In this document: positions 63,882-64,000 of the stretch, piece by piece
Position numbering within the stretch: position 1 is the stretch's first letter
Layout of the letters: each line of letters starts with the position of its first letter
Made by a program: the position numbers and the translations under genes
Notes under the pieces: model-generated
Told to the model about the DNA's origin: nothing
Databases searched by the model: none
Seen by the model: the letters and a program-made list of their open reading frames with translations, nothing else
Sequence record: OR532817.1
DNA length: 64,000 nucleotides
Direction: 5' to 3' (one strand)

Positions 63882-64000
63882 GTTTAGTAGAAATCTATAA
63901 TGATTTAATGAATTTAGTACAAAATAATGAAGCATTTGAATATAAAGATCAGCGTTCAATTGGCGGTGGTTTGTATAGAATCTTTTCTTATCGAATGGCC
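63878..64000 (+). CDS. rnlA: RNA ligase 1 (T4 Rnl1-like), N-terminal fragment truncated by window end
   Basis: IYNDLMNLV...F.YKD..S.GG..YRIFSY resembles the T4 Rnl1 start (LFNNLMELC...FFY.D..SASGRTYRIFSY); RBS GAGGT. Confidence 0.7.
   Translation, partial: MSLVEIYNDLMNLVQNNEAFEYKDQRSIGGGLYRIFSYRMA

Noticed and set aside
20500-64000. Stop-codon reassignment (TAG/TGA recoding)
   Set aside because: Standard-code ORFs tile the region with tight overlaps; only isolated in-frame stops (4487, 22352) were seen.
1-64000. tRNA/rRNA genes, integrase, transposase, structural genes
   Set aside because: No recognisable signatures by eye; tRNAscan-SE and HMM searches would be needed to exclude divergent cases.

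Overview
The window is part of a large, AT-rich lytic phage genome. By inference it is an Enterobacterales jumbo myophage of the RaK2/GAP32/CBB type; no structural genes are present to confirm this. Nearly all real genes are on the + strand. It has three zones. (1) About 1-20.1 kb is an early-type region, possibly a long terminal repeat. Short genes each have their own near-consensus sigma70 promoter, leader hairpin and RBS. Many promoters carry two AGTACT palindromes exactly 20 bp apart. The same zone holds 13 copies of a promoter-driven, ORF-less two-hairpin element with covarying stems (candidate small-RNA family), tandem TTTAC-N5-TTTAC (CpxR-type) boxes at fixed distance upstream of several of those promoters, and a cluster of Fur-type boxes. 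Recognisable proteins are an H-NS-like protein, a Ser/Thr kinase, an ADP-ribosyltransferase-fold protein and a ParE/RelE-like protein. (2) About 20.5-51.7 kb is a very AT-rich run of overlapping hypothetical ORFs in a few expanded paralog families: about 35 proteins with an EExxFQ(Y/L)S(T/L)xY motif, 13 microproteins with an LGTxxQ motif, and about 20 proteins of about 95 aa. (3) About 52-64 kb has hypotheticals, an unexplained structured non-coding region of about 400 nt (55.35-55.78 kb), an N6-adenine methyltransferase, a HIGH-motif nucleotidyltransferase, an HNH endonuclease, a SpoT/Mesh1-type HD hydrolase and the start of a T4 Rnl1-type RNA ligase. AGTACT/GTAC is strongly over-represented throughout. 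No tRNA, rRNA or CRISPR array was seen. All calls are by eye, with no database searches.
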